Below are positions 28,569 through 38,441 of a stretch of DNA of 64,000 bases, piece after piece. The notes under the pieces were generated by a model. That model searched no databases. It saw only the letters and a list, made by a program, of their open reading frames with translations, and was not told the DNA's origin. Numbering within the stretch: position 1 is the stretch's first letter; the number at the start of each line of letters is the position of its first letter. Both the position numbers and the translations under genes were made by a program. The DNA is from a bacterium (lineage in GTDB: Bacteria; Electryoneota; Electryoneia; Electryoneales; Electryoneaceae). The stretch lies in NCBI GenBank assembly GCA_963675295.2, contig CAXXKJ010000002.1, positions 224,001 to 288,000 on the forward strand, written 5' to 3'.

Positions 28569-31292
28569 CTATTCATTTTCCTCAACAACGTCCGCGTCAA
28601 CGGTGATCACTTCCTGTTCGCCGTCGGACGTACCTGCCCTGTTCGCCGAACCGGCAAGAGCCTCCTCGTCCATCACTTCCTGCGCCGGGTTGGTCCACGA
28701 CACGTCCAGCTTGCCATCAACCAGATCGATGGTCAGGTCGGCGCCGTCACGGACATCCCCGGCGATCATCGCGCGGCCGAGCTTCGTTTCCAGTTCGTGC
28801 TGGACAAAGCGTTTCAGCGGACGCGCGCCGTACACCGGATCATACCCTTCCCGCGCAACGAATGCCGCTGCCTGGTCAGTCAGGGTCAGGCTCATCCGAC
28901 GGGGCGCCAGCCGTCTGCGCAGATCCTCGACCAGCAGGTAGACGATGCCCTTGATTTCGTCGAGGGTCAGCGTCTTGAACAATACGATATCGTCCAGGCG
29001 GTTGAGGAATTCCGGCCGCATCGCGGCGCGCAGCTCCCGCATCACCGCCGTGCGGGCGTGTTCGGTGATCTGGCCGTCCGCGTCGAGGCCTTCCAGCAGG
29101 TGCGTCGAGCCGATGTTTGAGGTCAGGATCAGCACCGTGTTCTTGAAATTGACCGTGTGCCCCTGGCTGTCGGTGATCCGACCGTCGTCGAGGATTTGCA
29201 GCAGGATGTTGAACGCGTCCGGGTGCGCCTTTTCGATCTCGTCAAAAAGGACCACCGAGTACGGTTTCCGCCGGATGGCCTCGGTCAATTGGCCGCCTTC
29301 CTCGTAGCCGACGTATCCCGGGGGGGCACCAACGAGCCGCGACACCGCGTGCTTCTCCATGTATTCCGACATGTCGATGCGAACGAGATTCTCTTCCGTG
29401 TCGAACAGGGTTTCGGCCAATGTTTTCGCCAGCTCGGTCTTGCCGACACCGGTCGGACCGAGGAACAGGAAGCTGCCGATCGGACGACGCGGGTCCTTGA
29501 TTCCGGCGCGTGCGCGGATGACTGCGTCCGCGACCAGCTTGACCGCTTCGTTCTGACCAATTACGCGTTCGTGCAGGACTTCGTCCAGTTTGAGCAGCTT
29601 TTCGCGCTCGCCCTCCATCAGACGTGTGACCGGAATCCCGGTCCAGCGGCTGATGATCTCGGCGATTTCCTCTTCGGTTACCTCTTCACGCAACAGGCTG
29701 GCGTCGGTGCGTTTATGCTGCGCTTCCTCGGCCTGCTGCAACGCTTTCTGCAGCGCTGGCAGCTTGCCATGCTGCAGCTCGGCGGCCTTGTTCAAATCGT
29801 AGTCACGCTGCGCTTTTTCGATCTGCAGACGCACGGTGTCGATTTCTTCGCGAAGTTGCTTCGCCTGGTCAATCGACGATTTCTCCTGCTCCCACTGCTC
29901 CCGCATCGCGCTCATCCGTTCCCGGATGTCCGCCAGCTCCTTGCGCAGCTCGCTTAGCCGTGTCTTGCTGGCCTCGTCCTTTTCCTTCTTCAACGCCGCT
30001 TCTTCGATCTGCAGCTGCATTTCACGGCGTGTGAGATCGTCCAACTCGGCCGGCATCGAGTCGATTTCGGTGCGGATCATCGCGGACGCTTCGTCCACCA
30101 GGTCAATCGCCTTGTCCGGCAGGAAACGGTCGCTGATATAGCGGTCGGACAGCATCGCCGCCGCGACCAGCGCGTTGTCCTGGATGCGGATGCCGTGGTG
30201 AACCTCGAACCGTTCCCGCAGCCCACGCAGGATGGAGATGGTGTCTTCCACGTTCGGCGCATCGATTTGCACCGGCTGGAACCGGCGTTCGAGCGCTTTG
30301 TCCTTCTCGAGGTGCTTGCGGTATTCGTCCAATGTTGTCGCGCCGATACAATGCAGTTCACCGCGCGCGAGCATCGGCTTCAACATGTTGCCAGCGTCCA
30401 TCGATCCTTCCGCCTTGCCCGCGCCGACGATTGTGTGCAGCTCGTCGATGAACAGCAGGATGCGGCCGTCGCTCTCCTTGATTTCCTTGAGCACGGCTTT
30501 CAGGCGCTCCTCGAATTCGCCACGGAATTTCGCCCCGGCGACCAGCGAGCCGAGGTCAAGGCTGAAGATGGTCTTGTCCTTTAACGATTCCGGCACATCG
30601 CCGCGCACGATTCGTTGCGCCAACCCTTCGATGATCGCGGTTTTGCCGACACCGGGCTCACCGATCAACACCGGATTGTTCTTCGTTTTGCGGGACAGGA
30701 TTCGGATCGCGCGGCGGATTTCGCTGTCGCGTCCGATCACCGGATCGAGTTTGCCGCTGCGGGCCTCCTCAACCAGGTCGCGGCCGTAGCGTGCGAGCGC
30801 TTCGTACGTTTCTTCCGGATTGTTCGACTGCACCCGCTGGTTGCCGCGCACGGCGGTCATCGCACCGAGCACCCGATCACGGGTGACATTGAACTTGCGC
30901 AGCGTTTCGCCCAACGGAACGTTCGCGGCTTCTTCGACGATCGCCAGCAGGATGTGTTCGACGCTGACATACTCGTCCTTCAACGCCTGCGCTTCGTCCT
31001 GGGCGCGCACCAGCGCGCGCTGCACATGCTGCGTCACCATGATCTGGTTGCCGGTAGCGCCGGGGCCGGTCTGGCGCGCTCTCTTCGCAAGCAGGCCTTC
31101 GAGGGCACGGGTGAACGCGTCCACCGGGATGTCCATCCGTTCGATCAGACGACGGGTCAGGCCCTGTTCCTGCTGCAACATTGCGATCAGCAGGTGGTCG
31201 AGGTCTACGTCCACATGCCCGTGTTTGATCGCCAACGCCTGCGCGGCGGCGATCGCTTCCTGGGATTTCTGTGTGTATTTGTTTAGATCCAT
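28569..31292 (-). CDS. clpB: ATP-dependent chaperone ClpB
   Basis: [18 protein letters not shown], long middle coiled coil, GPTGVGKT and [13 protein letters not shown]. Start MDLNKYT at 31292 with RBS GGAGA. Confidence 0.97.
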   Translation of the reverse strand: MDLNKYTQKSQEAIAAAQALAIKHGHVDVDLDHLLIAMLQQEQGLTRRLIERMDIPVDAFTRALEGLLAKRARQTGPGATGNQIMVTQHVQRALVRAQDEAQALKDEYVSVEHILLAIVEEAANVPLGETLRKFNVTRDRVLGAMTAVRGNQRVQSNNPEETYEALARYGRDLVEEARSGKLDPVIGRDSEIRRAIRILSRKTKNNPVLIGEPGVGKTAIIEGLAQRIVRGDVPESLKDKTIFSLDLGSLVAGAKFRGEFEERLKAVLKEIKESDGRILLFIDELHTIVGAGKAEGSMDAGNMLKPMLARGELHCIGATTLDEYRKHLEKDKALERRFQPVQIDAPNVEDTISILRGLRERFEVHHGIRIQDNALVAAAMLSDRYISDRFLPDKAIDLVDEASAMIRTEIDSMPAELDDLTRREMQLQIEEAALKKEKDEASKTRLSELRKELADIRERMSAMREQWEQEKSSIDQAKQLREEIDTVRLQIEKAQRDYDLNKAAELQHGKLPALQKALQQAEEAQHKRTDASLLREEVTEEEIAEIISRWTGIPVTRLMEGEREKLLKLDEVLHERVIGQNEAVKLVADAVIRARAGIKDPRRPIGSFLFLGPTGVGKTELAKTLAETLFDTEENLVRIDMSEYMEKHAVSRLVGAPPGYVGYEEGGQLTEAIRRKPYSVVLFDEIEKAHPDAFNILLQILDDGRITDSQGHTVNFKNTVLILTSNIGSTHLLEGLDADGQITEHARTAVMRELRAAMRPEFLNRLDDIVLFKTLTLDEIKGIVYLLVEDLRRRLAPRRMSLTLTDQAAAFVAREGYDPVYGARPLKRFVQHELETKLGRAMIAGDVRDGADLTIDLVDGKLDVSWTNPAQEVMDEEALAGSANRAGTSDGEQEVITVDADVVEENE

Positions 31293-31332
31293 CGTGTATC
31301 TCCAAAACGGGTTGTTTTCCATGGAGATGGAG

Positions 31333-31348
31333 TCAAAGAGCGTGCCAG
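31333..31348 (-). promoter_or_regulatory. Putative sigma54 promoter of clpB
   Basis: Minus strand CTGGCAC-GCTCT-TTGA (-12 C to A). Predicted +1 is ~30 nt before the ATG. Confidence 0.5.
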
Positions 31349-31945
31349 AAGCAAGGTAGGCCGGAATTTACGTGCTGTGGTGCGGAGTTTGGCGCTTATT
31401 GCAGGAATCTGAGAAGTCCAAAGGTTTCCGGCACCGCCAGTTCGGCGCGACCACCCTGCCATCCCGGCAGAGATGATTAGCAAGGGTCGTGCGTGACCGC
31501 CCGAGCAGCAGCTTCCTGATCCCAGCAAACAATCCGATGTCAATTTCCAGGAATGAGCTCTCTGTGTAACTTCGCTGTATTCGGGTGAACGTGAATCAAT
31601 GACTATGGTGGAAATCAAGACGTGGTGAACAAACAGTGAAAAAAATCGATGGGGCTCCACACCTCGATGGTACAGCGATAGACGCAGAGTATCGCTATCT
31701 CAAGCTAACAGAAGCTGTTGCCGTGACAAAATTCACTCTCTTTGTGATCTGTTCAAACGCTCGGACGAGCCCTCCAATTCGAGCATTCTTGTGAATTGAA
31801 TGATATATTGATCCAAGGAGTATGCCACAGCATCAAGACGTTTTTTCCTGTACGGAATGTTGCTGCATCTTGCACCCCCCACCGCTTGATCGGACACACT
31901 CCCAACTTTGCACTGCTAACCGTGTTTCCAACTGGAGAGTACAAC

Positions 31946-32407
31946 ATGATTCTGAAGATTGACGGGGAATTCGGCAAGATACCCGTCGCACTGACCGTTG
32001 AGGTCGGCCCGGACAACGAATTGTCGCAGCTTCTTGCCTCGCTTACCACACAGCTCGGTGGTGCCGGACAAGGTGTCGCTCCGGCCGAAGCCGCACCGCG
32101 CAAGCGCCGCAAGCCAACCCGCCGCATTTCGAAGGCGAAAGACGGACGCGTCGAAGTCAGCGCTCCGGAAATGACGATGCTGAAGCATCTTCCCCAGGAC
32201 GGATCGGCGATCTCGTTGCCGGAACTGGCGGAAAAGGTCTGGCCGGGAAGAACCGCCCGTGATGGTGGCCCGCTTGTTGGTCCCGCAGCGCGTGTCGCCG
32301 GCGGATTGCTAAGCAAGGAGTTGGCGACAATCGAAGGTACAGGCGGCGGCAAGACCGTCTCTGTCGTTTCCGACTGGCAGTCCAAGGCAGTAGAAGTCAA
32401 GCAGTAA
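31946..32407 (+). CDS. Small basic hypothetical protein, possible winged-helix DNA-binding protein
   Basis: RBS GGAGAG, GC-rich coding bias, RKRRKPTRR linker, and a C-terminal helix-helix-helix-beta-hairpin pattern. Confidence 0.7.
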   Translation: MILKIDGEFGKIPVALTVEVGPDNELSQLLASLTTQLGGAGQGVAPAEAAPRKRRKPTRRISKAKDGRVEVSAPEMTMLKHLPQDGSAISLPELAEKVWPGRTARDGGPLVGPAARVAGGLLSKELATIEGTGGGKTVSVVSDWQSKAVEVKQ

Positions 32408-32440
32408 CACCGTTTTACAGCTTGCTTGCAGTTCCGGATG

Positions 32441-32481
32441 CATGCCGGTTTCCCGTCAGGCAGAGACATGAAACCGGCATG
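32441..32481 (+). terminator. 12-bp stem-loop downstream of the small basic protein
   Basis: CATGCCGGTTTC/GAAACCGGCATG, with no clear U tract. Confidence 0.5.
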
Positions 32482-32770
32482 GTCTCTCTCCGTGCCACAT
32501 CCTGTATTGATTCAAGAGTCTCGCTTGGATCCGCATATGCCACAACGTCACTGTTTGTGTCCCCGTCGCAACCGTATGTCTCCCGGCCATGGCCCTGACA
32601 AAGCTAAAAAAATTGCCTGTTTCTAAGGTTGACGTGCACTCTGTTTGCCTACACCCTTATCTTGTGAACAAAATACGGTGGTCGCTGTTGTGGAAACATT
32701 CTATTAAACGCGCGTTTAATACAACCGCATTATTCTTTATTTTCCGATGAGCCAACCAGGGGGGATTTCC

Positions 32771-34588
32771 ATGTGTAGCTTGCGCATCACGGTTCCATTC
32801 CTGTACCTCTTCTTCGCCAGCCTTGCAGTAGCCCAGCCGGTGGACTGGTTCCGAACCTACGACACCCGCCCGGACCTCGGCATTCCTGGCGATCATGCCA
32901 GCGAGTTTGTGGTCGATGTTGTCCCCGCACCTGATGGCGGCTTCCTCGTGCAGGGAGGGTATTACAATTCGATCTATGATAACGAGTTCTTTCCGTCTCT
33001 GACGAAGCTCGATTCCGGTTTTAACCTCGAGTGGTCGCGTGCGTACGAGCCGGTGCGGTTTGTCAACCGGCAGATCCATGCGCTTCCTGGTGGTAAGTAC
33101 CTCATCGCCGGGGATTACCGGCCAACTCCGACCGCATTTGTCCCCTTCCTCGCCGTGGTGGACGAGTACGGCTTCATCACGCGCACGCACCTTGAACCGT
33201 ACCAGCCGGATGTGTGGATGAGAACCTTTGTGCCGCTGAGCGCGGGCGGGTTCGCGGTTCTGTTGCAGCAGGGGGAATGGGAGAACACGACGCTTCTGTT
33301 GAAACGTCTCGACATGACTGGCGAAACGATCTGGACGAACACCATTGATGGCGCCTTCCACAGTCTCTACAGCGAGGTGCTGGAAACGCCGGACGGCAAC
33401 ATCGCACTGATCGACTCCAGGAACCGGCCGATCATTCACGTGTTTGACATTGACGGCAACCCGCTCAACCAGGCCACGATTGACCCGGGGTATAATCTGT
33501 ACACGGAGGAGGCGGTCATCCAGGCGGACGGCTCGTTATATCTCGCGGGGGAAATCGTTCATGACACCACGTTTGTGCTGAAGGTTTCGCCCGATCTGCA
33601 GTTACTCGAGCACCTGTGCTTTCGCAAGCAATCGTTGCGCGATATGCTGGCGACATCGGATGGTGGCCTGCTGCTGACCGGCAATCACGGCTGGCTGCGC
33701 AAGTTCGATTCCGATTTAACCGTCGAATGGGACATTGACCAGAGTTCGCAGGTTGAGGCGGAGGCGTTGTGCGAATTTGAGCCTGGAGTGTACGCGCTGA
33801 TGGGCCGCAAATTCAGGATGGGGTTGATTGAAGAATTTGACCTGTATCTCCGTGTGATCGGGATGGACGAACCCGACCCGCCCGCGCTGAAAATGTATTT
33901 GTACCAGCGGTGGGACGAACCGTTATCCATACCGGCGTCCGGCGCCACGGTTGAGTTTCTTGAGACGGTGTCGAACACGTGGAACGTACCGCAGACCGTG
34001 GATCAGTGGACCCAGCTTCGCCTGCCCCGCGGGGTGATGCACGACTTTCTGCCCGTAACGCGTGTCTTCGAGCCCGGCGAAACGGAAATGAATCGGTCGG
34101 TTGAGGTTCCGGCGTCCGCCGCACCGGGGGATTACGTCTACGTCTGGCATGTGGGCACCTGGCCGGACGACATCGTCTCATCCAGTTCGATCATCGTGCG
34201 CAAACGTCCCGCCGGAAGCGCGCTCGACCTGTTCCTCGCCGCCAACGATGCAGGCGTTTTGTACCCGGATCGCGATCCGGTCTCGGCAGCTGTCGATCTC
34301 ACATCCGAGCCGAAAACCCCGCAGGCGTTTACGTTGAGCGCGGCGTATCCGAATCCGTTCAACGCGTCCACCGTGCTCGACCTGACCTTGCCGGAGACGG
34401 AACATGTGCGAATCGTGGTCGCCGACATCCTCGGGCGGCAGGTTGAGGTGCTGCGCGACGACGTCATGGCCGCCGGCACGCAGCGCATTTCTCTGCATGC
34501 CGGTCAGCTTGCCAGCGGGCTGTATTTCGTCACAGCGGCGACGCAATCCGGGCACCACACTGTGCAGAAGGTGATGCTGCTACGCTGA
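32771..34588 (+). CDS. Secreted beta-propeller-like protein with pre-CTD domain and T9SS-like CTD
   Basis: Signal peptide, DGGF/DGNI repeats, IPASGATVEF domain and YPNPFNA. Confidence 0.85.
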   Translation: MCSLRITVPFLYLFFASLAVAQPVDWFRTYDTRPDLGIPGDHASEFVVDVVPAPDGGFLVQGGYYNSIYDNEFFPSLTKLDSGFNLEWSRAYEPVRFVNRQIHALPGGKYLIAGDYRPTPTAFVPFLAVVDEYGFITRTHLEPYQPDVWMRTFVPLSAGGFAVLLQQGEWENTTLLLKRLDMTGETIWTNTIDGAFHSLYSEVLETPDGNIALIDSRNRPIIHVFDIDGNPLNQATIDPGYNLYTEEAVIQADGSLYLAGEIVHDTTFVLKVSPDLQLLEHLCFRKQSLRDMLATSDGGLLLTGNHGWLRKFDSDLTVEWDIDQSSQVEAEALCEFEPGVYALMGRKFRMGLIEEFDLYLRVIGMDEPDPPALKMYLYQRWDEPLSIPASGATVEFLETVSNTWNVPQTVDQWTQLRLPRGVMHDFLPVTRVFEPGETEMNRSVEVPASAAPGDYVYVWHVGTWPDDIVSSSSIIVRKRPAGSALDLFLAANDAGVLYPDRDPVSAAVDLTSEPKTPQAFTLSAAYPNPFNASTVLDLTLPETEHVRIVVADILGRQVEVLRDDVMAAGTQRISLHAGQLASGLYFVTAATQSGHHTVQKVMLLR

Positions 34589-34716
34589 CGTTGAGCCACT
34601 CCCGCCTGCGGAGGGTGGAAAATCTTTGACAATTGATCTTCGCCCGTTGCTCTCGATCAACTCCCGGTTGTATCGTGAACGGCGGGCGTTTTGCTCATTT
34701 CAATCAAGGGGGATCA

Positions 34717-36492
34717 ATGCTGAAGCTGCTCAATCGGACGGCAATCGTCCACATTGCCTGCTTGCTGTCGCTCGCCGGGTTGTTCGTCTCGTCCGTTTGT
34801 GCCCAGCCGGACATTTTCTGGTCGCGCACCTTCGATTTTCAGCACAGCAAGGATCACCTGACCAGCATCCGCAACCATCCGGACACCGGCTTGATTGTCG
34901 CTGGAAACACCGTCAATCCTGCCGATTCAGCCATCACCCCCTACCTCATCAAGTTCGATTCCGATTTACGTGCAACCTGGACCCGTATCCTCAACGACAA
35001 GGGCCGGGCGGAGGATATTATCGGCCTGCCAAACGGGTATTACGCGGTGGGCGATAACGATTCCGGCATGGTGCTCGCCTCGCTGGACCTGTATTGCAAT
35101 CCTTTGTGGGGTGTGAGTTACGACGAAACCGGCTTGGAAAGCTGCCGGGGAATGGTTGGTGGCGGAACCAACGATTGGATTGTGTTCGGCAACACGACCA
35201 ATCCCGACCGGGCGCTGGCGGTATCGTATGGTATCAATGGCTGGCGGAATTGGGTCAGCGAAATCAGTGGGGTTGGCGAAGACAACCCGATGATGTCGTG
35301 CGACACACGGCCAACCGGCGAAATTGCTGTCTTTTACCGGCATTCCGGCGGACTCGATGTTCGTTTGCTGCATCCGATCAACGGCTACAACCTGCAAGAA
35401 TTCCAGCTGCATCCAGACATTCCATCCGCGCAGGGCCGGGGCATTGTCACCTCGGACGGCGGCTATTTGTACGCCGGTCAACTTGACGGTCACTTCGCGT
35501 TCATGCTCAAATGCAACGCCGACGGAGAGGAAGAATGGGAAGGCGAATATTCCACCGGCCCGTCCAACGAGAGCTATTTCAACCAAGTGATTGAAACGTC
35601 GGACGGCGGCTTCCTCGCTGTCGGTGTCGGCGAGGACGTCGATAACGAGTTGTACCAGAAAGCCTATGCAGTCAAGGTTGATGCTGCTGGCGACGAAGAG
35701 TGGAGCTTCCTTTTTCCCAACGCCAACTATTCCCTGTTCAACGATGTTGTCGAATTCCGCCCGGGGAAATTCGCCATGGTCGGCGCTCGTGGTGCGGACT
35801 ATAACGAAGCGCTGCGCGGCTTCTTCGCCATATTCGGGCAGGAAGAGCCGGAACCGCAGCTGAGTATTTACCTGTACCGCACCGGGGAGTATATCATTCC
35901 AGGCTGGGGCTCGAATTTAGGGTACCAGGCGCGGATGGTGAATCCGTTCGACAGCCCGGTGACGGTGGACGTCTGGCGGGAAGCGTACCTGCCAAATGGG
36001 TACTACTTTCCGCTCGACAGCGAACCCACGGACTTGATCCTTCAACCCGGCGAGACGATTGATCTTTACCAGCTGAACGTTCCACCGAACGCGCCAGCCG
36101 GCAACATCACGCTGCTGGTGAACCTTGGTAGCTGGCCGGATAATCCTGCGGCCACCGGCTCGGTGATTTTCCGCAAACTGCCGTTCACCGATGTGGATGA
36201 AGCGGAACCCATTCCAACCGTTCCCACGCAGGTTGTATTGTCATCTGTCGCACCGAACCCGTTCAACGCGTCCACCACCCTGACCCTCACTCTACCCGCT
36301 CCGCACACGGTGGCAGTGACGGTCGTGGACATCCTCGGACGCCAGGTCGCGACGCTGCACAACGGACCTCTGTCGTCAGGCCAACACCGGCTGCAATGGG
36401 ATGCGAATACATTCGCCAGCGGGATGTATTTCGTGCGGGTTGCGAACGCGAACGGTGTGCTTGATCAGCGGAAGGTTGTCCTGCTTCGTTAA
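34717..36492 (+). CDS. Secreted beta-propeller-like protein with pre-CTD domain and T9SS-like CTD
   Basis: Signal peptide, TSDGGY/FL repeats, IPGWGSNLGY domain and APNPFNA. Resembles the upstream gene. Confidence 0.85.
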   Translation: MLKLLNRTAIVHIACLLSLAGLFVSSVCAQPDIFWSRTFDFQHSKDHLTSIRNHPDTGLIVAGNTVNPADSAITPYLIKFDSDLRATWTRILNDKGRAEDIIGLPNGYYAVGDNDSGMVLASLDLYCNPLWGVSYDETGLESCRGMVGGGTNDWIVFGNTTNPDRALAVSYGINGWRNWVSEISGVGEDNPMMSCDTRPTGEIAVFYRHSGGLDVRLLHPINGYNLQEFQLHPDIPSAQGRGIVTSDGGYLYAGQLDGHFAFMLKCNADGEEEWEGEYSTGPSNESYFNQVIETSDGGFLAVGVGEDVDNELYQKAYAVKVDAAGDEEWSFLFPNANYSLFNDVVEFRPGKFAMVGARGADYNEALRGFFAIFGQEEPEPQLSIYLYRTGEYIIPGWGSNLGYQARMVNPFDSPVTVDVWREAYLPNGYYFPLDSEPTDLILQPGETIDLYQLNVPPNAPAGNITLLVNLGSWPDNPAATGSVIFRKLPFTDVDEAEPIPTVPTQVVLSSVAPNPFNASTTLTLTLPAPHTVAVTVVDILGRQVATLHNGPLSSGQHRLQWDANTFASGMYFVRVANANGVLDQRKVVLLR

Positions 36493-36516
36493 ATCGGACA
36501 CGCGTGTCCGATTTAA
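36489..36516. repeat. Perfect 28-bp palindrome TTAAATCGGACACGCGTGTCCGATTTAA
   Basis: Exact self-complementarity. Overlaps the TAA stop and lies between convergent genes. Confidence 0.9.
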
Positions 36517-36532
36517 GGATTGTTGTGTTTCT

Positions 36533-36560
36533 CAGGACTCTAGACGCAGGACGCAGGACT
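36533..36560. repeat. Heptamer tandem repeat (CAGGACK, four degenerate units)
   Basis: CAGGACT CTAGACG CAGGACG CAGGACT. Confidence 0.6.
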
Positions 36561-36568
36561 GTCTTTCC

Positions 36569-36868
36569 CTACCAATTCGGTTTCGGCCGACGGGCACCGT
36601 GTTCCAGCGCGCAGGGAGTGTTTCGGGTGACGTGTTGCGTCAACGCGTTGCAGTAGATCGCGTTGAACGTGCGGCAGGATTTTGCGCCGTCAACGTTGTC
36701 CTTTGGCCACGACGCGTGTTCGCAGTTCATCGTACACCACTTGACCGCGCCGTTGCCAACACCGGCGTTATCCGCCCCCTGGTCTTCACCGGGGAGTCGG
36801 TGGTTGCGTCCGTTCTCGAGGATACGGTAGTCGAGGGTGTTGCCGTCGCCGGGGACTTTGTGGTTCAT
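36569..36868 (-). CDS. Small cysteine-rich hypothetical protein
   Basis: WCTMNCEHASWP...DGAKSCRTFNAIYC...VTRNTPC. Start is uncertain. Confidence 0.6.
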   Translation of the reverse strand: MNHKVPGDGNTLDYRILENGRNHRLPGEDQGADNAGVGNGAVKWCTMNCEHASWPKDNVDGAKSCRTFNAIYCNALTQHVTRNTPCALEHGARRPKPNW

Positions 36869-37302
36869 GCTGCAGACCCATCGTGAATTTGAGCTGACAA
36901 CTTGAATCCGGAATCTGGCAGGATGCAACCTTTTCCTGTCGGCATGCGGGAAAACAAGTCCTCCCCTCCGCGAGCTGATGACTCGCATGAAATTAAAGAA
37001 ATAATGTCCATTTCGTGTTGATGGGATTTCATTTCTCTACCTTTTGCAAGCGAAGAGAATTTGGCGACAAGTCGGGCCTTTAGCGGAGTTTGCTGTGAAT
37101 CCTGCGGCCTGACACTTGAACTGCCTGATTCACTGACATTCCTGCCTCAACCTGCCTTTTCGCCGGCGCTTCGCATGGCGTCATCTATCGCTCAAATACC
37201 GTGAACTTTCGCCTGTATCGTACGTGTCACAACGGACGACGGTACGCTCTGAATGGATCACGGCTACTGAATATTGACAACGTTATCGCGGGAGGAGGAA
37301 CT

Positions 37303-38154
37303 ATGGGAGCGCAGCAATTTGCAGTACGGAGGATGCACCGCGAAGAGATTGACCTTGCGGTGGAGTGGGCGCATGAGGAGGGCTGGAATCCGGGCCTGTA
37401 TGATGCCGGCGTCTTCTACCAGACCGACCCGAGCGGGTTCTGGGCGGGTGAACTGGACGGCGAGATTATTTCGATGATGTCCGGCGTGAGCTACGATTCG
37501 TCGTACGGCTTCACCGGCCTGTACATCACGCATCCGGAATACCGCGGCCAGGGCTTCGGTCGCAAGCTGCTGGAAACGGTGCATGACCAGATGGGCACCC
37601 GGATTCTCGGCAGCGACGCAGTTGGCGAAGCCAGGCGTGTGCTGGAACGCGGCGGCTATGTGGCGGCTCACCCTGATGTGCGGCACGAGGGGTTGACGCA
37701 ACGGTTCGGCCCGATTGATCCGCACGTGGTCAATCTGAAGCACATTCCATTTGAACGGCTGGACGCGTACGACCAGGAAACCTTCGCCGCGCGGCGGACC
37801 CGGTTTCTGCGCGGCTGGATCACCCGTCCCGGAACGACCGGCGCGGGATACTACTACGACGGCAAGATGCAGGGCTACGGCGTGATCCGTCCCTGCCGTG
37901 TTGGGTGGAAGATCGGCCCGTTGTTCGCGAACAGCGAGCAGGTGGCGGAGAAGTTGTTCGAAGCGTTGGCGAGCCATGTTCCGCCGGGAGAACCGTTGTT
38001 CCTCGACGTACCGGAGCCAAATGAGCGCGCGGTGGTGTTGGCCCGGCGCTACAACATGGATCCGGTGTTTGAGACAGTGCGGATGTATCGCAATGGCAAG
38101 CACGAACCGCCGCTTGACCGCTGGTGGGGGGTCACCTCGACCGAGCTCGGGTAG
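37303..38154 (+). CDS. GNAT family N-acetyltransferase (two-domain, YitH-like)
   Basis: EGWNPG, HPEYRGQGFG acetyl-CoA loop, KIGPLFA and FETVRMY. RBS GGAGGAGG. Confidence 0.9.
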   Translation: MGAQQFAVRRMHREEIDLAVEWAHEEGWNPGLYDAGVFYQTDPSGFWAGELDGEIISMMSGVSYDSSYGFTGLYITHPEYRGQGFGRKLLETVHDQMGTRILGSDAVGEARRVLERGGYVAAHPDVRHEGLTQRFGPIDPHVVNLKHIPFERLDAYDQETFAARRTRFLRGWITRPGTTGAGYYYDGKMQGYGVIRPCRVGWKIGPLFANSEQVAEKLFEALASHVPPGEPLFLDVPEPNERAVVLARRYNMDPVFETVRMYRNGKHEPPLDRWWGVTSTELG

Positions 38155-38183
38155 TCAACTCAACATCATTAGAGTCTGCATTC

Positions 38184-38213
38184 ACGCGGGTTTCGGCGAC
38201 GGAACCCGCGTTT
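38184..38213 (+). terminator. Hairpin terminator after the GNAT gene
   Basis: ACGCGGGTTTC/GGAACCCGCGT followed by TT. Confidence 0.65.
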
Positions 38214-38275
38214 CCGCTCAGCGCAACCTCTCCGGCAACGGATCAGTCTGCGACCCATCCGCAGATTCAACCATC

Positions 38276-38414
38276 GCGTCATTCCGAACGGAACGAAGAG
38301 AAGTTGAGGAAGAGCCCGCTTCGAGAACGCTGCAAATGAACCGAAACCGTGAATCAACCTGTTGCCAAGCTGGATCTTCTTCGGCTGCAAACGGACGCAG
38401 CCTCAGAATGACGC
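38276..38414. repeat. GTCATTC...GAATGAC palindromic element, copy 2
   Basis: Shares GTCATTCCGAACGGAACGAAGAGAAGT, AACCTGTTG and GGATCTTCTTC with 11164-11299. Confidence 0.75.
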
Positions 38415-38441
38415 TTGTCGTCAACCTTGCAGAGCATATCA

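Noticed and set aside
31722-31737. CRP/FNR-like site CGTGA-N6-TCACT
   Set aside because: Two mismatches and no supporting context, so plausible by chance.
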